DNA of 64,000 nucleotides from Chitinophagales bacterium (GCA_020636535.1 JACJXT010000011.1:776680-840679); one strand, 5' to 3'. Counted from the first letter of the stretch, positions 55,001 to 64,000 are shown. Made by a program: numbers and translations. The notes: generated from the letters alone by a model not told the origin.

Positions 55001-58000
55001 AGTAAACTCTTATCTCGCAATTAAATATGGTATTACTTTAGATCAAAGACAATATAATGATTATACAGCAAGTGATGGTACAGTAGTATATGCTGCTTCT
55101 ACTTATGGAGCTTACAATCACGATATTGCAGGTATTGGCGTTGATACTTGTTCTGGCTTAATTCAAAAACAATCAAAAAGTGTAAATATTGGTTTCCAAC
55201 CTGCAGTCAGCTTAAATGATGGTTTAGCAACTTCAAATAGTGCTAATATGAATTCATTTGATGCAAATAATAGTTATTGGGTTGCTGGTCACAATGGTCA
55301 AGATACTACATTTACAGAAGCATATACTTCCCAAACACTTGCTACACTTAGTTGTATGAAAATTATGGATAGAAAATGGAAAGTAGAAGAAACAGGATCT
55401 ATTGGAAATGTTACCATTACTATTCCAGATATCACTACAGCAACAATAACAGCTATTTATTTGGTAATTGATAGTACTGGAAACAATGATGATTTTACGG
55501 CTAATACTACAGAAATATTAATGACTGATGCAGGTGCTGGATTATTGTCTGCTCAGTACGATTTTGTCGATGGTCAATACTATTCGTTTGCTTATGTATT
55601 AGCACCAATTGATACTTTTGAAATAGCAGACACTATCTGTGCAACTTCAACTTATCTATTCAATGAACAAGAATTAAATACAAGTGGTGTCTACTTAGAT
55701 ACTATTCCAAGAATAGGTAATTGCGATAGTATAGTGAGATTAACACTTACCGTAGTACCACAAGACACATTCGACATAGCAGATACTATTTGCTCCAATG
55801 AAACATATACATTTGGTGCATTAACACTGAATACCACAGGCGTTTACTTAGATACAATAGAACGACCAACAGAAGTATGCGATAGCATAGTACGATTAAC
55901 ACTTACCGTAATACCACAAGACACATTCGACATAGTAGATACTATTTGTGCAACAACAACTGATTATACATTTGGAGGATTAGTATTAACCGAGTCAGGA
56001 ATTTACTTAGATACAATAGCACGACCAACAGAATACTGCGATAGTATAGTAAGATTAACACTTACCGTAGTACCACAAGACACCTTTGAAATATCAGCTT
56101 CAATCTGCACAGGTCAAACATACAGTTTTGGAGGAATGTCACTCAATGCCACAGGCGTATACTTAGACACTATATTACAACCAACTAAACCATGCGATAG
56201 CATAGTACGATTAACTTTAACAGTAGTAGATAAAGATACATTTGACATAGTAGATACCATTTGTTCAATCGAATCGTATAGCTTCGATGGTATGTTATTG
56301 AATATCACAGGCGTTTACTTTAAAACAGTAACTCGTCCAATGTCATGCGACAGTATCGTACGATTAACCTTAACAGTAATCCAACAAGACACAACAGACA
56401 TAAGTGCAACAATATGTTCAAACGAGAACTATAGTTTCGATGGAATGTCACTCAATACCACAGGCGTATACTTAGCTACAATAGCACGACCAACGGAAGT
56501 ATGCGATAGTATAGTGAGATTAACACTTACCGTAGTACCACAAGACACATTCGACATAGCAGATACTATTTGCTCCAATGAAACATATACATTTGGTGCA
56601 TTAACACTGAATACCACAGGCGTTTATTTAGATACAATAGAACGACCAACAGAAGTATGCGATAGCATAGTACGATTAACACTTACCGTAATACCACAAG
56701 ACACATTCGACATAGCAGATACTATTTGTGCAACAACAACTGATTATACATTTGGTGGATTAGTATTAACCGAGTCAGGAATTTACTTAGATACAATAGC
56801 ACGACCAACAGAATACTGCGATAGTATAGTAAGATTAACACTTACCGTAGTACCACAAGACACCTTTGAAATATCAGCTTCAATCTGCACAGGTCAAACA
56901 TACAGTTTTGGAGGAATGTCACTCAATGCCACAGGCGTATACTTAGACACTATATTACAACCAACTAAACCATGCGATAGCATAGTACGATTAACTTTAA
57001 CAGTAGTAGATAAAGATACATTTGACATAGTAGATACCATTTGTTCAATCGAATCGTATAGCTTCGATGGTATGTTATTGAATATCACAGGCGTTTACTT
57101 TAAAACAGTAACTCGTCCAATGTCATGCGACAGTATCGTACGATTAACCTTAACAGTAATCCAACAAGACACAACAGACATAAGTGCAACAATATGTTCA
57201 AACGAGAACTATAGTTTCGATGGAATGTCACTCAATACCACAGGCGTATACTTAGCTACAATAGCACGACCAACGGAAGTATGCGATAGTATAGTGAGAT
57301 TAACACTTACCGTAGTACCACAAGACACATTCGACATAGCAGATACTATTTGCTCCAATGAAACATATACATTTGGTGCATTAACACTGAATACCACAGG
57401 CGTTTATTTAGATACAATAGAACGACCAACAGAAGTATGCGATAGCATAGTACGATTAACACTTACCGTAATACCACAAGACACATTCGACATAGCAGAT
57501 ACTATTTGTGCAACAACAACTGATTATACATTTGGTGGATTAGTATTAACCGAGTCAGGAATTTACTTAGATACAATAGCACGACCAACAGAATACTGCG
57601 ATAGTATAGTAAGATTAACACTTACCGTAGTACCACAAGACACCTTTGAAATATCAGCTTCAATCTGCACAGGTCAAACATACAGTTTTGGAGGAATGTC
57701 ACTCAATGCCACAGGCGTATACTTAGACACTATATTACAACCAACTAAACCATGCGATAGCATAGTACGATTAACTTTAACAGTAGTAGATAAAGATACA
57801 TTTGACATAGTAGATACCATTTGTTCAATCGAATCGTATAGCTTCGATGGTATGTTATTGAATATCACAGGCGTTTACTTTAAAACAGTAACTCGTCCAA
57901 TGTCATGCGACAGTATCGTACGATTAACCTTAACAGTAATCCAACAAGACACAACAGACATAAGTGCAACAATATGTTCAAACGAGAACTATAGTTTCGA

Positions 58001-61000
58001 TGGAATGTCACTCAATACCACAGGCGTATACTTAGCTACAATAGCACGACCAACGGAAGTATGCGATAGTATAGTGAGATTAACACTTACCGTAGTACCA
58101 CAAGACACATTCGACATAGCAGATACTATTTGCTCCAATGAAACATATACATTTGGTGCATTAACACTGAATACCACAGGCGTTTATTTAGATACAATAG
58201 AACGACCAACAGAAGTATGCGATAGCATAGTACGATTAACACTTACCGTAATACCACAAGACACATTCGACATATCAGATACCATTTGTGCAACAACAAC
58301 TGATTATACATTTGGTGGATTAGTATTAACCGAGTCAGGTATTTACTTAGATACAATAGCACGACCAACAGAATACTGCGATAGTATAGTAAGATTAACA
58401 CTTACCGTAGTACCACAAGACACCTTTGAAATAGCAGCTTCAATCTGCACAGGTCAAACATACAGTTTTGGAGGAATGTCACTCAATGCCACAGGCGTAT
58501 ACTTAGACACTATATTACAACCAACTAAACCATGCGATAGTATAGTTCGATTAACGCTTATTGTAGATGATTATATTAGAAATACAGAAAATGTAACATT
58601 ATGTTATGGCGATAGTATAATAATGTGTACGGGTAATGTATATAAAACAGCCGGAGCTTATAATGATACTTGTAAAACTACAGCTGGTTGTGATAGCATT
58701 ACTACTACAATTATTACTTTAGATGTATGTAGTAAAGATACTGTACCAGTAATAGATGTTTGTGATACATGTACAACAACAGTATGTTTAGATACTATCT
58801 ATGATATTACTAATGGACATTGGACATTATGCGATGGTAGTCAAACAGCAACATCTAGCTTAGGAAGCTACACTATAGATAGCACTACAGGATGCATTAC
58901 TTATACTGCAAATGGAGCAATAGGTAGAGATACACTTTGTATATTAATTTGTGATTCAGCACAAACTGTTTGTGATTCTCAAACAGTAGTAGTAGCTATA
59001 ATACCAAGTACAGAAACAATTACAGATACAATAGAAATTGGTACAACAGATAGTATATGTGTAGCAATAGAAGATGGTATGACACCAGACAATGTAACGA
59101 TTGTAGCATGCGATGGAGGAACACTAGACAATATCACAACACCAACATATACTATTAATGGCAACTGCGTAATGGTAACTTACACAGGGACAAATATTGG
59201 AACAGATGAAGTATGTGTAATCATCTGCGATACCGACTTAGACATCTGCGACACGAACAGAGTTGTAATCACAGTAACAACACAAGACACAGTACCAATT
59301 ATAGAAGTACCATGCGATACCTGTACAGTAACCGTATGTTTAGATACGATCTACGATATCAATAATGGTGTATGGACACTTTGCGACGGAACACAACAAA
59401 CCACTACAGCAATGGGTACTTATGGTATAGACCAAACTTCAGGTTGTGTAACTTATACAGGAAACGGAATCGTAGGACGAGATACACTATGTATAGTAGT
59501 TTGTGATGCAACACAAACAACTTGCGATACCATTAAACCAGTAGTAGTAGTTTTACCAACTAACGATACTATAACAGACAGTATAGCAATAGGTGTAACT
59601 GATAGCATTTGCGTACCAATAGAAGATGGTATGACACCAGACAATGTAACGATTGTAGCATGCGATGGAGGAACACTAGACAATATCACAACACCAACAT
59701 ATACTATTAATGGCAACTGTGTAATGGTAACTTACACAGGGACAAATATTGGAACAGATGAAGTATGTGTAATCATCTGCGATACCGACTTAGACATCTG
59801 CGACACGAACAGAGTTGTAATCACAGTAACAACACAAGACACAGTACCAATTATAGAAGTACCATGCGATACCTGTACAGTAACCGTATGTTTAGATACG
59901 ATCTACGATATCAATAATGGTGTATGGACACTTTGCGATGGAACACAACAAACCACTACAGCAATGGGTACTTATGGTATAGACCAAACTTCAGGTTGTG
60001 TAACTTATACAGGAAACGGAATCGTAGGACGAGATACACTATGTATAGTAGTTTGTGATGCAACACAAACAACTTGCGATACCATTAAACCAGTAGTAGT
60101 AGTTTTACCAACTAACGATACTATAACAGACAGTATAGCAATAGGTGTAACTGATAGCATTTGCGTACCAATAGAAGATGGTATGACACCAGACAATGTA
60201 ACGATTGTAGCATGCGATGGAGGAACACTAGACAATATCACAACACCAACATATACTATTAATGGCAACTGTGTAATGGTAACTTACACAGGAACAAATA
60301 TTGGAACAGATGAAGTATGTGTAATCATCTGCGATACCGACTTAGACATGTGCGACACGAACAGAATTGTAATCACAGTAACAACACAAGACACAGTACC
60401 AATAATAGAAGTACCATGCGATACCTGTACAGTAACCGTATGTTTAGATACGATCTACGATATCAATAATGGCGTATGGACACTTTGCGATGGAACACAA
60501 CAAACCACTACAGCAATGGGTACTTATGGTATAGACCAAACTACAGGTTGTGTAACTTATACAGGAAACGGAATTGTAGGACGAGATACACTATGTATAG
60601 TAGTTTGTGATGCCACTCTAAGCACATGCGATACAATTCATCCAGTAGTGGTTGTTTTACCTACAACAGAAACAATTACAGATACTATAAAAGTTGGTGC
60701 AACAGACAGTATTTGCATTCCAATAGAAAATGGCATGACAGCAGATTATGCAACCATAGTAATGTGTAATGGAACGCTTGATAATATTACATTACCAGTA
60801 GTAACATCAGTAAGTGCAACATGTGTAACTATTACATATACAGGTACTAGCATTGGTACAGATGATTTCTGTGTAGTTGTTTGTGATGTAGATTTAGCAA
60901 TGTGCGATACAACAAAAGTATCAATCACAGTAATAGCAAAAGATACAATACCAGTAATAGAAGTCTGCGACACTTGTACCGAAACGGTATGTTTAGATAC

Positions 61001-61655
61001 AATATTTGATATTACAGACGGAGTATGGACACTATGCGATGGTAGCCAAACAACAACAAGTGGTTTAGGAACTTATAGTATAGATGCTACAACAGGTTGT
61101 GTAACTTATACAGCAAATGGAATTATAGGTCAAGACACACTTTGTATAGTAGTATGTGATGCAACACAAACCAATTGCGACACTATAGAAATTATAATTG
61201 ATATAGTATGTAGTGAACGAAACTCAGTTTATGTTGATACAACGATTTGCTCTAATAAACCAATAGTGATCAATGGACAAACTATTTCAACTGCTGGAAC
61301 TTATGAAATTCATTATACAGCAAACAACTCATGCGATAGTATAGTAATGCTTACAGTTACCACTGTAGATTGTAGTTGCGATATTGCCAAAGGTATTTCG
61401 CCAAATGGTGATGGAATGAATGATTATTTAGATGTAGAATGTTTGAAACTATTAGCTAAAGATGGCGTTATTAGATTTAGAGTATACAACAGATGGGGAA
61501 TTGAAGTATACAGAAACGATAATTATAACAGTGAATTTAATGGTATTTATAAAGGAGAAGAATTACCAGACGGAACTTACTATTATATATTAGAGTACAC
61601 TAATCTATTAGATGAAGATGTTAATATATCTAGTTATTTAACAATATTTAGATAG
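49080..61655 (+). CDS. Giant (4191 aa) T9SS-secreted cell-surface protein: five LamG-like modules, ~20 Cys-containing 52-aa repeats, ~5 Cys-rich 184-aa repeats and a type-B C-terminal sorting domain
   Basis: Signal peptide. The motif (L/V)AWYKA...IAEVI(L/A)YDR.L...YLAIKYGITL recurs five times. The C-terminus ISPNGDGMNDYL...YNRWGIEVY...LPDGTYYYIL matches the gliding-motility-associated CTD. Confidence 0.88.
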   Translation: MKRTILITLLFTLLYFSVNAQSPGGVNDSLKAWYKADAGVQNTSVNATNGQTVDAWLNQAGSYNLAQPTTTKQPVFYSTAANQLINYNPSLRFDGTDDCIGNATRLMPKDSSYAFFIVALDSATDVGYNAFFSSHTVLDYFSLYKNNDNLTDNSITPYGIVGSGDRGTFGKGTSYGISTGAYWNGTNFTRDEKVQKAQTQIVGMRSANKLATDTMFTYTDGYKSAPIPFWSYINQNAASTGRDYHFGAFVVGADATSPANSAEHWVGNIAEVIAYDRNITDAEANKIQSYLAIKYGITLGQGNGFINQNGNNFNYVASNGTVIWDGTANTTYAYDIFGIGQDNTAGLNQKQSKSINGGFQPAISLNDGLATSNTTNTNIFAADNSFLVAGHNGADVDFTNMYTPITFSSTTPIYILDRVWKVQETGTVGTVTVSFPTTTASTATSTYLVINNVATFGAGTTEILMTSDGNGNLTAQYDFQDGDYFTIVQPLFAPGCVSANLLAWYKADAGVVGGPVSTWEDQTVPAYNLQQPTAGSRPTTGALMNFNPTLTFDANYYLTYQAGRFISTTSPGTVFGAANNNIDAGGYENLADLGIDNPHMGIQNSTMMMYMNGSSPIQVNHANTITKDINQVYGWSWNGGSNAGSQLRLDGILNDFPTTDFTLVGNGGVSDGMFSVGSYQGVEIWNGDIAEVILYDRNLTEEEKQRVETYMALRYGTTLSHNYLSGKSDTIWYTGGGYDNNIAGIGREDCQLLLQKQSQSTNTTNVITIYNGDQTAGLPTDNVSNTSAFSTNESFMVWGDNGSSTSYGVSYSPNTFSNSSFYHMSRIWNVQETGTVGTVTIKAPANAEYLLVHNSADFSTGTPTEIPLVDDGNGNLLATVDLTDGQYFTFGAAVTGPGCVTANLLAWYKADAGVIGNPVSSWEDQTLTPYNLSQTTVGSRPTADSLMNFNPTLTFDALKYLTYQSTRFITTTSSGTVFGAANNNIDNGGYENLAVLGIDNPHMGILNNQMMLWMNGSSPNPTYHSNSIKKDINQVYGWAWNGGTNGGSQMRLDGTLNDFANTDFTLVGNGGVSDGMFSVGSYQGVEIWNGDIAEVILYDRNLTELEKQRVETYLAIRYGTTLSHNYLSGKGDTIWLVGSGYDNNIAGIGREDCQSLLQKQSQSTNTTNVITIYNDNQTAGLPTDNASNTSTFTDESFMIWGDNGAAATYGVNYTLNSFSGICIYHMNRIWNVQETGSVGTVTVQAPANAQYLLVHNSDDFSTGTPTEIPLVDDGNGNLLATVDFTDGQFFTFAGTVYAPGGVGGNLAAWYKANDINYENNGDTIGLWKNSVSGSTYNVATTTATYKPIFYNTTANKLVNNNPSIEFDGTDDRLENTTRLFPSTDGFEMLAVGVQQKAKNSPSEILGMGGGNIPAFGMNDYSTSGWLPYMAGGGAGWYGSNAILYNGFAGGNNQQAQIYSMSTPNGGAANNIFSNVDGYREQTDLVANGVTNTSIGDGVDVGNTGGEYFKGLVNEVIIYNRKLDSVELLKVNSYLAIKYGITLDQRQINDYIASNGTSLYAASTYGAYDHDIAGIGIDSCSSLIQLKSTSANEDAVVTMTADTANVTNFEFLLWANNDSALTLNTTNLPTIDLLCPSRLERIWHTQETGDVGLVDLDFNLNKLPYKSSLSDWKLLIRNGDDDMSGATVSTIIPILLNDSTVRFEDVSLSNDDYFTLAGNSIGPGGVLSNLVAWYKAGENVLDASNNQITTNGGSVSTWKDAIGKRNLTNHPTQGVNKPTLMLNDSLMNNNPALYFAYYPGSVSRILYNSTRYFDNTSAFQLISVAKDLDAPANVFRLKGFMGMGSTGDYPTFDFNGATAPDNSTGNYWTPYLGGSSPFGDYNSSFITYNGTNGGTNQQSQIFGSSSLNTVGGTNNVNSQVDGYSAMMQLDAAQQAQLGNQLYVGNSGGLLEEDWHGLVGEILIYDRVLTAAEQLKVNSYLAIKYGITLDQRQYNDYTASDGTVVYAASTYGAYNHDIAGIGVDTCSGLIQKQSKSVNIGFQPAVSLNDGLATSNSANMNSFDANNSYWVAGHNGQDTTFTEAYTSQTLATLSCMKIMDRKWKVEETGSIGNVTITIPDITTATITAIYLVIDSTGNNDDFTANTTEILMTDAGAGLLSAQYDFVDGQYYSFAYVLAPIDTFEIADTICATSTYLFNEQELNTSGVYLDTIPRIGNCDSIVRLTLTVVPQDTFDIADTICSNETYTFGALTLNTTGVYLDTIERPTEVCDSIVRLTLTVIPQDTFDIVDTICATTTDYTFGGLVLTESGIYLDTIARPTEYCDSIVRLTLTVVPQDTFEISASICTGQTYSFGGMSLNATGVYLDTILQPTKPCDSIVRLTLTVVDKDTFDIVDTICSIESYSFDGMLLNITGVYFKTVTRPMSCDSIVRLTLTVIQQDTTDISATICSNENYSFDGMSLNTTGVYLATIARPTEVCDSIVRLTLTVVPQDTFDIADTICSNETYTFGALTLNTTGVYLDTIERPTEVCDSIVRLTLTVIPQDTFDIADTICATTTDYTFGGLVLTESGIYLDTIARPTEYCDSIVRLTLTVVPQDTFEISASICTGQTYSFGGMSLNATGVYLDTILQPTKPCDSIVRLTLTVVDKDTFDIVDTICSIESYSFDGMLLNITGVYFKTVTRPMSCDSIVRLTLTVIQQDTTDISATICSNENYSFDGMSLNTTGVYLATIARPTEVCDSIVRLTLTVVPQDTFDIADTICSNETYTFGALTLNTTGVYLDTIERPTEVCDSIVRLTLTVIPQDTFDIADTICATTTDYTFGGLVLTESGIYLDTIARPTEYCDSIVRLTLTVVPQDTFEISASICTGQTYSFGGMSLNATGVYLDTILQPTKPCDSIVRLTLTVVDKDTFDIVDTICSIESYSFDGMLLNITGVYFKTVTRPMSCDSIVRLTLTVIQQDTTDISATICSNENYSFDGMSLNTTGVYLATIARPTEVCDSIVRLTLTVVPQDTFDIADTICSNETYTFGALTLNTTGVYLDTIERPTEVCDSIVRLTLTVIPQDTFDISDTICATTTDYTFGGLVLTESGIYLDTIARPTEYCDSIVRLTLTVVPQDTFEIAASICTGQTYSFGGMSLNATGVYLDTILQPTKPCDSIVRLTLIVDDYIRNTENVTLCYGDSIIMCTGNVYKTAGAYNDTCKTTAGCDSITTTIITLDVCSKDTVPVIDVCDTCTTTVCLDTIYDITNGHWTLCDGSQTATSSLGSYTIDSTTGCITYTANGAIGRDTLCILICDSAQTVCDSQTVVVAIIPSTETITDTIEIGTTDSICVAIEDGMTPDNVTIVACDGGTLDNITTPTYTINGNCVMVTYTGTNIGTDEVCVIICDTDLDICDTNRVVITVTTQDTVPIIEVPCDTCTVTVCLDTIYDINNGVWTLCDGTQQTTTAMGTYGIDQTSGCVTYTGNGIVGRDTLCIVVCDATQTTCDTIKPVVVVLPTNDTITDSIAIGVTDSICVPIEDGMTPDNVTIVACDGGTLDNITTPTYTINGNCVMVTYTGTNIGTDEVCVIICDTDLDICDTNRVVITVTTQDTVPIIEVPCDTCTVTVCLDTIYDINNGVWTLCDGTQQTTTAMGTYGIDQTSGCVTYTGNGIVGRDTLCIVVCDATQTTCDTIKPVVVVLPTNDTITDSIAIGVTDSICVPIEDGMTPDNVTIVACDGGTLDNITTPTYTINGNCVMVTYTGTNIGTDEVCVIICDTDLDMCDTNRIVITVTTQDTVPIIEVPCDTCTVTVCLDTIYDINNGVWTLCDGTQQTTTAMGTYGIDQTTGCVTYTGNGIVGRDTLCIVVCDATLSTCDTIHPVVVVLPTTETITDTIKVGATDSICIPIENGMTADYATIVMCNGTLDNITLPVVTSVSATCVTITYTGTSIGTDDFCVVVCDVDLAMCDTTKVSITVIAKDTIPVIEVCDTCTETVCLDTIFDITDGVWTLCDGSQTTTSGLGTYSIDATTGCVTYTANGIIGQDTLCIVVCDATQTNCDTIEIIIDIVCSERNSVYVDTTICSNKPIVINGQTISTAGTYEIHYTANNSCDSIVMLTVTTVDCSCDIAKGISPNGDGMNDYLDVECLKLLAKDGVIRFRVYNRWGIEVYRNDNYNSEFNGIYKGEELPDGTYYYILEYTNLLDEDVNISSYLTIFR
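55722..58560 (+). repeat. Nearly identical 780-bp tandem superrepeat, ~3.6 copies, inside the giant gene
   Basis: Sequence lines 780 bp apart are identical or differ by single bases (for example 55741 vs 56521 vs 57301 vs 58081). Antisense shadow ORFs recur with a 780-bp period. Confidence 0.95.
58731..61200 (+). repeat. 552-bp tandem repeat, ~4.5 copies, with the central copies nearly identical
   Basis: Shadow ORF starts at 59164, 59716 and 60268 give a 552-bp period. The protein unit KDTVP(V/I)I(D/E)V(P)CDTCT...VITVTT recurs. Confidence 0.9.
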
Positions 61656-61684
61656 AAAAATTTATAAAAGATAATATAAAAGAT

Positions 61685-62692
61685 ATGAAAATAAAATATA
61701 GTATATTATTCCTTATTTTGTTTGTTTCGATGAACAAAATAAATGCCCAACAAGAACCTCAATATACACAGTTTATGTTCAATAAATTGCCAATCAATGC
61801 TGGTTATACTGGCTCAAGAGAGGTACTAAGTATTAGAGCAATTTATAGAGACCAATGGACAGGTATTGATGGTGCCCCTAAAACAGCTGGTCTTAGTTTA
61901 AACAGTCCATTTAAAAATGAAAATTCTGCTATGGGTTTTTATATGGTCAATGATAGATTAGGTGTAACCAACCAAACTTGGTTCGATGTTAGTTATGCTT
62001 ATAGAATACCATTAACTAAAGACAAAAAATGGAAATTAGGCATTGGTATTAATGCAGGTATTTTGTGGCATAAAAGCAATTTAACAGAAGTGCCATTAAA
62101 AGACGATGGAGATGTAATATATCAAAATAATGTATCTAAAATAATGCCAGATGTTGGTGCAGGACTATATTTACATCATACCAATTTTTATTTCGGAGTA
62201 AGTGTGCCAAACTTTATAAAGTACAATGTATTTAGTAAAGATGTAAGAGATCAACTTCAAAGTAATAATTCCGATTTAGTAGCTGTTGCACATAGAACAC
62301 CACATTTATTTATTATGACTGGTGGTGTAATTCCTGCAGGAAAAATACTAGATATTAGACCACAAATCTTAGGAAAATACATTACAGCAACCGATCAAAA
62401 AATTCCATTTGAGTTAGATTTAAATTTGAGTTTAATGTTCTTACAACGATTTAATATCGGAGCTACTTATAGAACTACATTCAAAAATAAATCACTAAAT
62501 ACTACACTACAAGCTAATGATGCTATTGCTGCCATGTTAGAAATTTGGGCAACCAAACAATTAATGATTGGCTACTCTTACGATTATTCATTGTCAGAAT
62601 TACAACACTACAATCACGGAAGTCATGAAGTAATTCTCGGATACGATTTTGCATTCAATAAAGAGAAATTAAATACACCAAGATTCTTCTAA
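61685..62692 (+). CDS. Type IX secretion system membrane protein, PorP/SprF family
   Basis: Signal peptide, then QQEPQYTQFMFNKLPINAGYTGS and a beta-barrel length of 335 aa. It lies immediately downstream of a type-B CTD protein. Confidence 0.88.
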   Translation: MKIKYSILFLILFVSMNKINAQQEPQYTQFMFNKLPINAGYTGSREVLSIRAIYRDQWTGIDGAPKTAGLSLNSPFKNENSAMGFYMVNDRLGVTNQTWFDVSYAYRIPLTKDKKWKLGIGINAGILWHKSNLTEVPLKDDGDVIYQNNVSKIMPDVGAGLYLHHTNFYFGVSVPNFIKYNVFSKDVRDQLQSNNSDLVAVAHRTPHLFIMTGGVIPAGKILDIRPQILGKYITATDQKIPFELDLNLSLMFLQRFNIGATYRTTFKNKSLNTTLQANDAIAAMLEIWATKQLMIGYSYDYSLSELQHYNHGSHEVILGYDFAFNKEKLNTPRFF

Positions 62693-62706
62693 GAAAAAAT
62701 TAATCT

Positions 62707-64000
62707 ATGAAAAAGAATATAAGCATATATACATTATTTTTATTATTGATTTTAAGTGTTGGATCAAAAGCACAAGATGCCACTAATTCAAGCAGTATTA
62801 ATAAAGCCAACGAAGCATATAACAATTTGAATTATGCCGATGCAATTCCATTGTACAATACTTATCTAAAAAAAAACAGTACAGATGCCGATGCGTATGC
62901 AAAATTAGGCGACTGCTATAAATTAACTTTAGATTTTGAAAATGCAAAAGAAGCATATGCTAATGCAACACTCAATAAAGTTACTAGTGCAGACTATGTT
63001 TTAAAGTATGCAGAAATGTTGCATGCAACAGGCAATTACGATAAAGCTTTAGCACAATATCAAAACTATTTGGTATTAAATGAAAATGGCAATCAAATTG
63101 TAAGTAACCAAATTAAAGTGCTAGAAAATATAGACAATTATGCATCTGATAAAAATAGATTCTCATTACAAAATTTAGACTTTAATTCTGCACAATATGA
63201 TTTTTCACCAGTTTTATATAAAGACGGATTAATATATACTTCGTCTAAAGGTGGTTCTGGTGCTATTAAAAATACAAGTGCATGGACAGGTATATCTTTT
63301 TTTAATATGTATTTTGTAGAAGGAAGCAATCTCAATTTTAAAGATAAGTCGTCTGTTTTTTTTAGTGATAAAAATACCAAACTACACGATGGTGTGATAG
63401 CATTTTTACCAAATCAAGAACAATTTTACTATACTAGAAATAATTACTACGATGGAAAAGTAAAAACAGCTAAAAACTTAAAGCCAACTCAAAATATGTA
63501 TTTGGCTAATGTAGATGGAAGCGAAGAAACACCTTTTGAGTTTAATAGCGATGATTATAATGTAGGACAACCAACACTTTCTTCAGATGGAAATACCATG
63601 TATTTTGTAAGCGATATGCCTGGTGGTTTTGGAGGAAAAGATATATATGTTACTACCAAAGAAGATGGAAAATGGTCAACACCAAAAAACTTAGGAAATA
63701 AAATCAATACAGCAGGAGATGAGATGTTTCCTTTCTTATATAAAGATGATAAATCTTTTTATTTTTCAAGTGATGGACTTGGCGGTTTAGGTGGACTAGA
63801 TGTTTTTAGAACTACAATAGAAAATGGAAGTGTCGCAACAGTTCGAAATATGAAATCACCAATTAATAGTGCTTACGATGATTTTGGTATTTACTATGGC
63901 AATGCAAGAAACATAGGTTATTTATCTTCAAACAGAAGTGGAGGAAAAGGTCTAGATGATATCTATGCATTTAAAGATGCTGGAATTTACTACGAAGGAC
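62707..64000 (+). CDS. TPR plus TolB-like beta-propeller repeat protein, truncated by the window end (members of this family usually end in an OmpA domain)
   Basis: My own translation runs from ATG 62707 (MKKNISIYTLFLLL) to the window end without a stop. It contains TPR-like helices and repeated (Q/S)P.LS.DG...YF.SD motifs. It is absent from the ORF track because it has no stop in the window. Confidence 0.7.
   Translation, partial: MKKNISIYTLFLLLILSVGSKAQDATNSSSINKANEAYNNLNYADAIPLYNTYLKKNSTDADAYAKLGDCYKLTLDFENAKEAYANATLNKVTSADYVLKYAEMLHATGNYDKALAQYQNYLVLNENGNQIVSNQIKVLENIDNYASDKNRFSLQNLDFNSAQYDFSPVLYKDGLIYTSSKGGSGAIKNTSAWTGISFFNMYFVEGSNLNFKDKSSVFFSDKNTKLHDGVIAFLPNQEQFYYTRNNYYDGKVKTAKNLKPTQNMYLANVDGSEETPFEFNSDDYNVGQPTLSSDGNTMYFVSDMPGGFGGKDIYVTTKEDGKWSTPKNLGNKINTAGDEMFPFLYKDDKSFYFSSDGLGGLGGLDVFRTTIENGSVATVRNMKSPINSAYDDFGIYYGNARNIGYLSSNRSGGKGLDDIYAFKDAGIYYEG

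Noticed and set aside
49080-61655. Numerous 60-120-aa minus-strand ORFs inside the giant gene (for example 53777..54148, 56114..56308, 59453..59716)
   Set aside because: These are antisense shadow ORFs generated by the codon composition of a long gene. Their 780-bp and 552-bp periodicity simply mirrors the sense-strand repeats.

Overview
AT-rich chromosomal segment, most likely from a Bacteroidota (Flavobacteriia-like) genome. The taxon call rests on a T9SS type-B C-terminal sorting domain followed by PorP/SprF and a TPR/beta-propeller gene, recF followed by a DUF721 gene, and a TPR gene next to ribH. Most of the window is housekeeping: trpG-trpD-trpC, ilvC, trxA, recF, ribH, gatB, valS, a methylcrotonyl-CoA carboxylase cluster, permeases, MscS and several thioredoxin-fold proteins. 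Five regions stand out. (1) 36.3-40.0 kb holds a lipoprotein with a thermolysin-like HExxH+E zinc site. Its start codon is separated from its signal peptide by an out-of-frame (AAGAATC)4 heptanucleotide tract, so it looks like a phase-variation switch currently OFF. Four tandem, highly diverged small lipoprotein paralogs follow, all ending in the invariant tail TEADYAAADSIP, and a relic of the large gene's 3' end sits before the second paralog. I cannot assign this locus to any described system. (2) Two adjacent type II restriction-modification systems lie between gatB and blc (21.9-26.4 kb). (3) A 4191-aa T9SS-secreted giant protein contains nearly identical 780-bp and 552-bp DNA tandem repeats. 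(4) There are two intergenic tandem arrays, one of 126 bp x5 that looks G+C-richer than its surroundings by eye, and one of ~125 bp x3 carrying two hairpins and related dispersed copies. (5) A small nuclease-like gene is inserted within the carboxylase cluster. No tRNA, rRNA, CRISPR array, transposase or integrase was recognised. All calls come from reading the sequence and translations. No database search was run.
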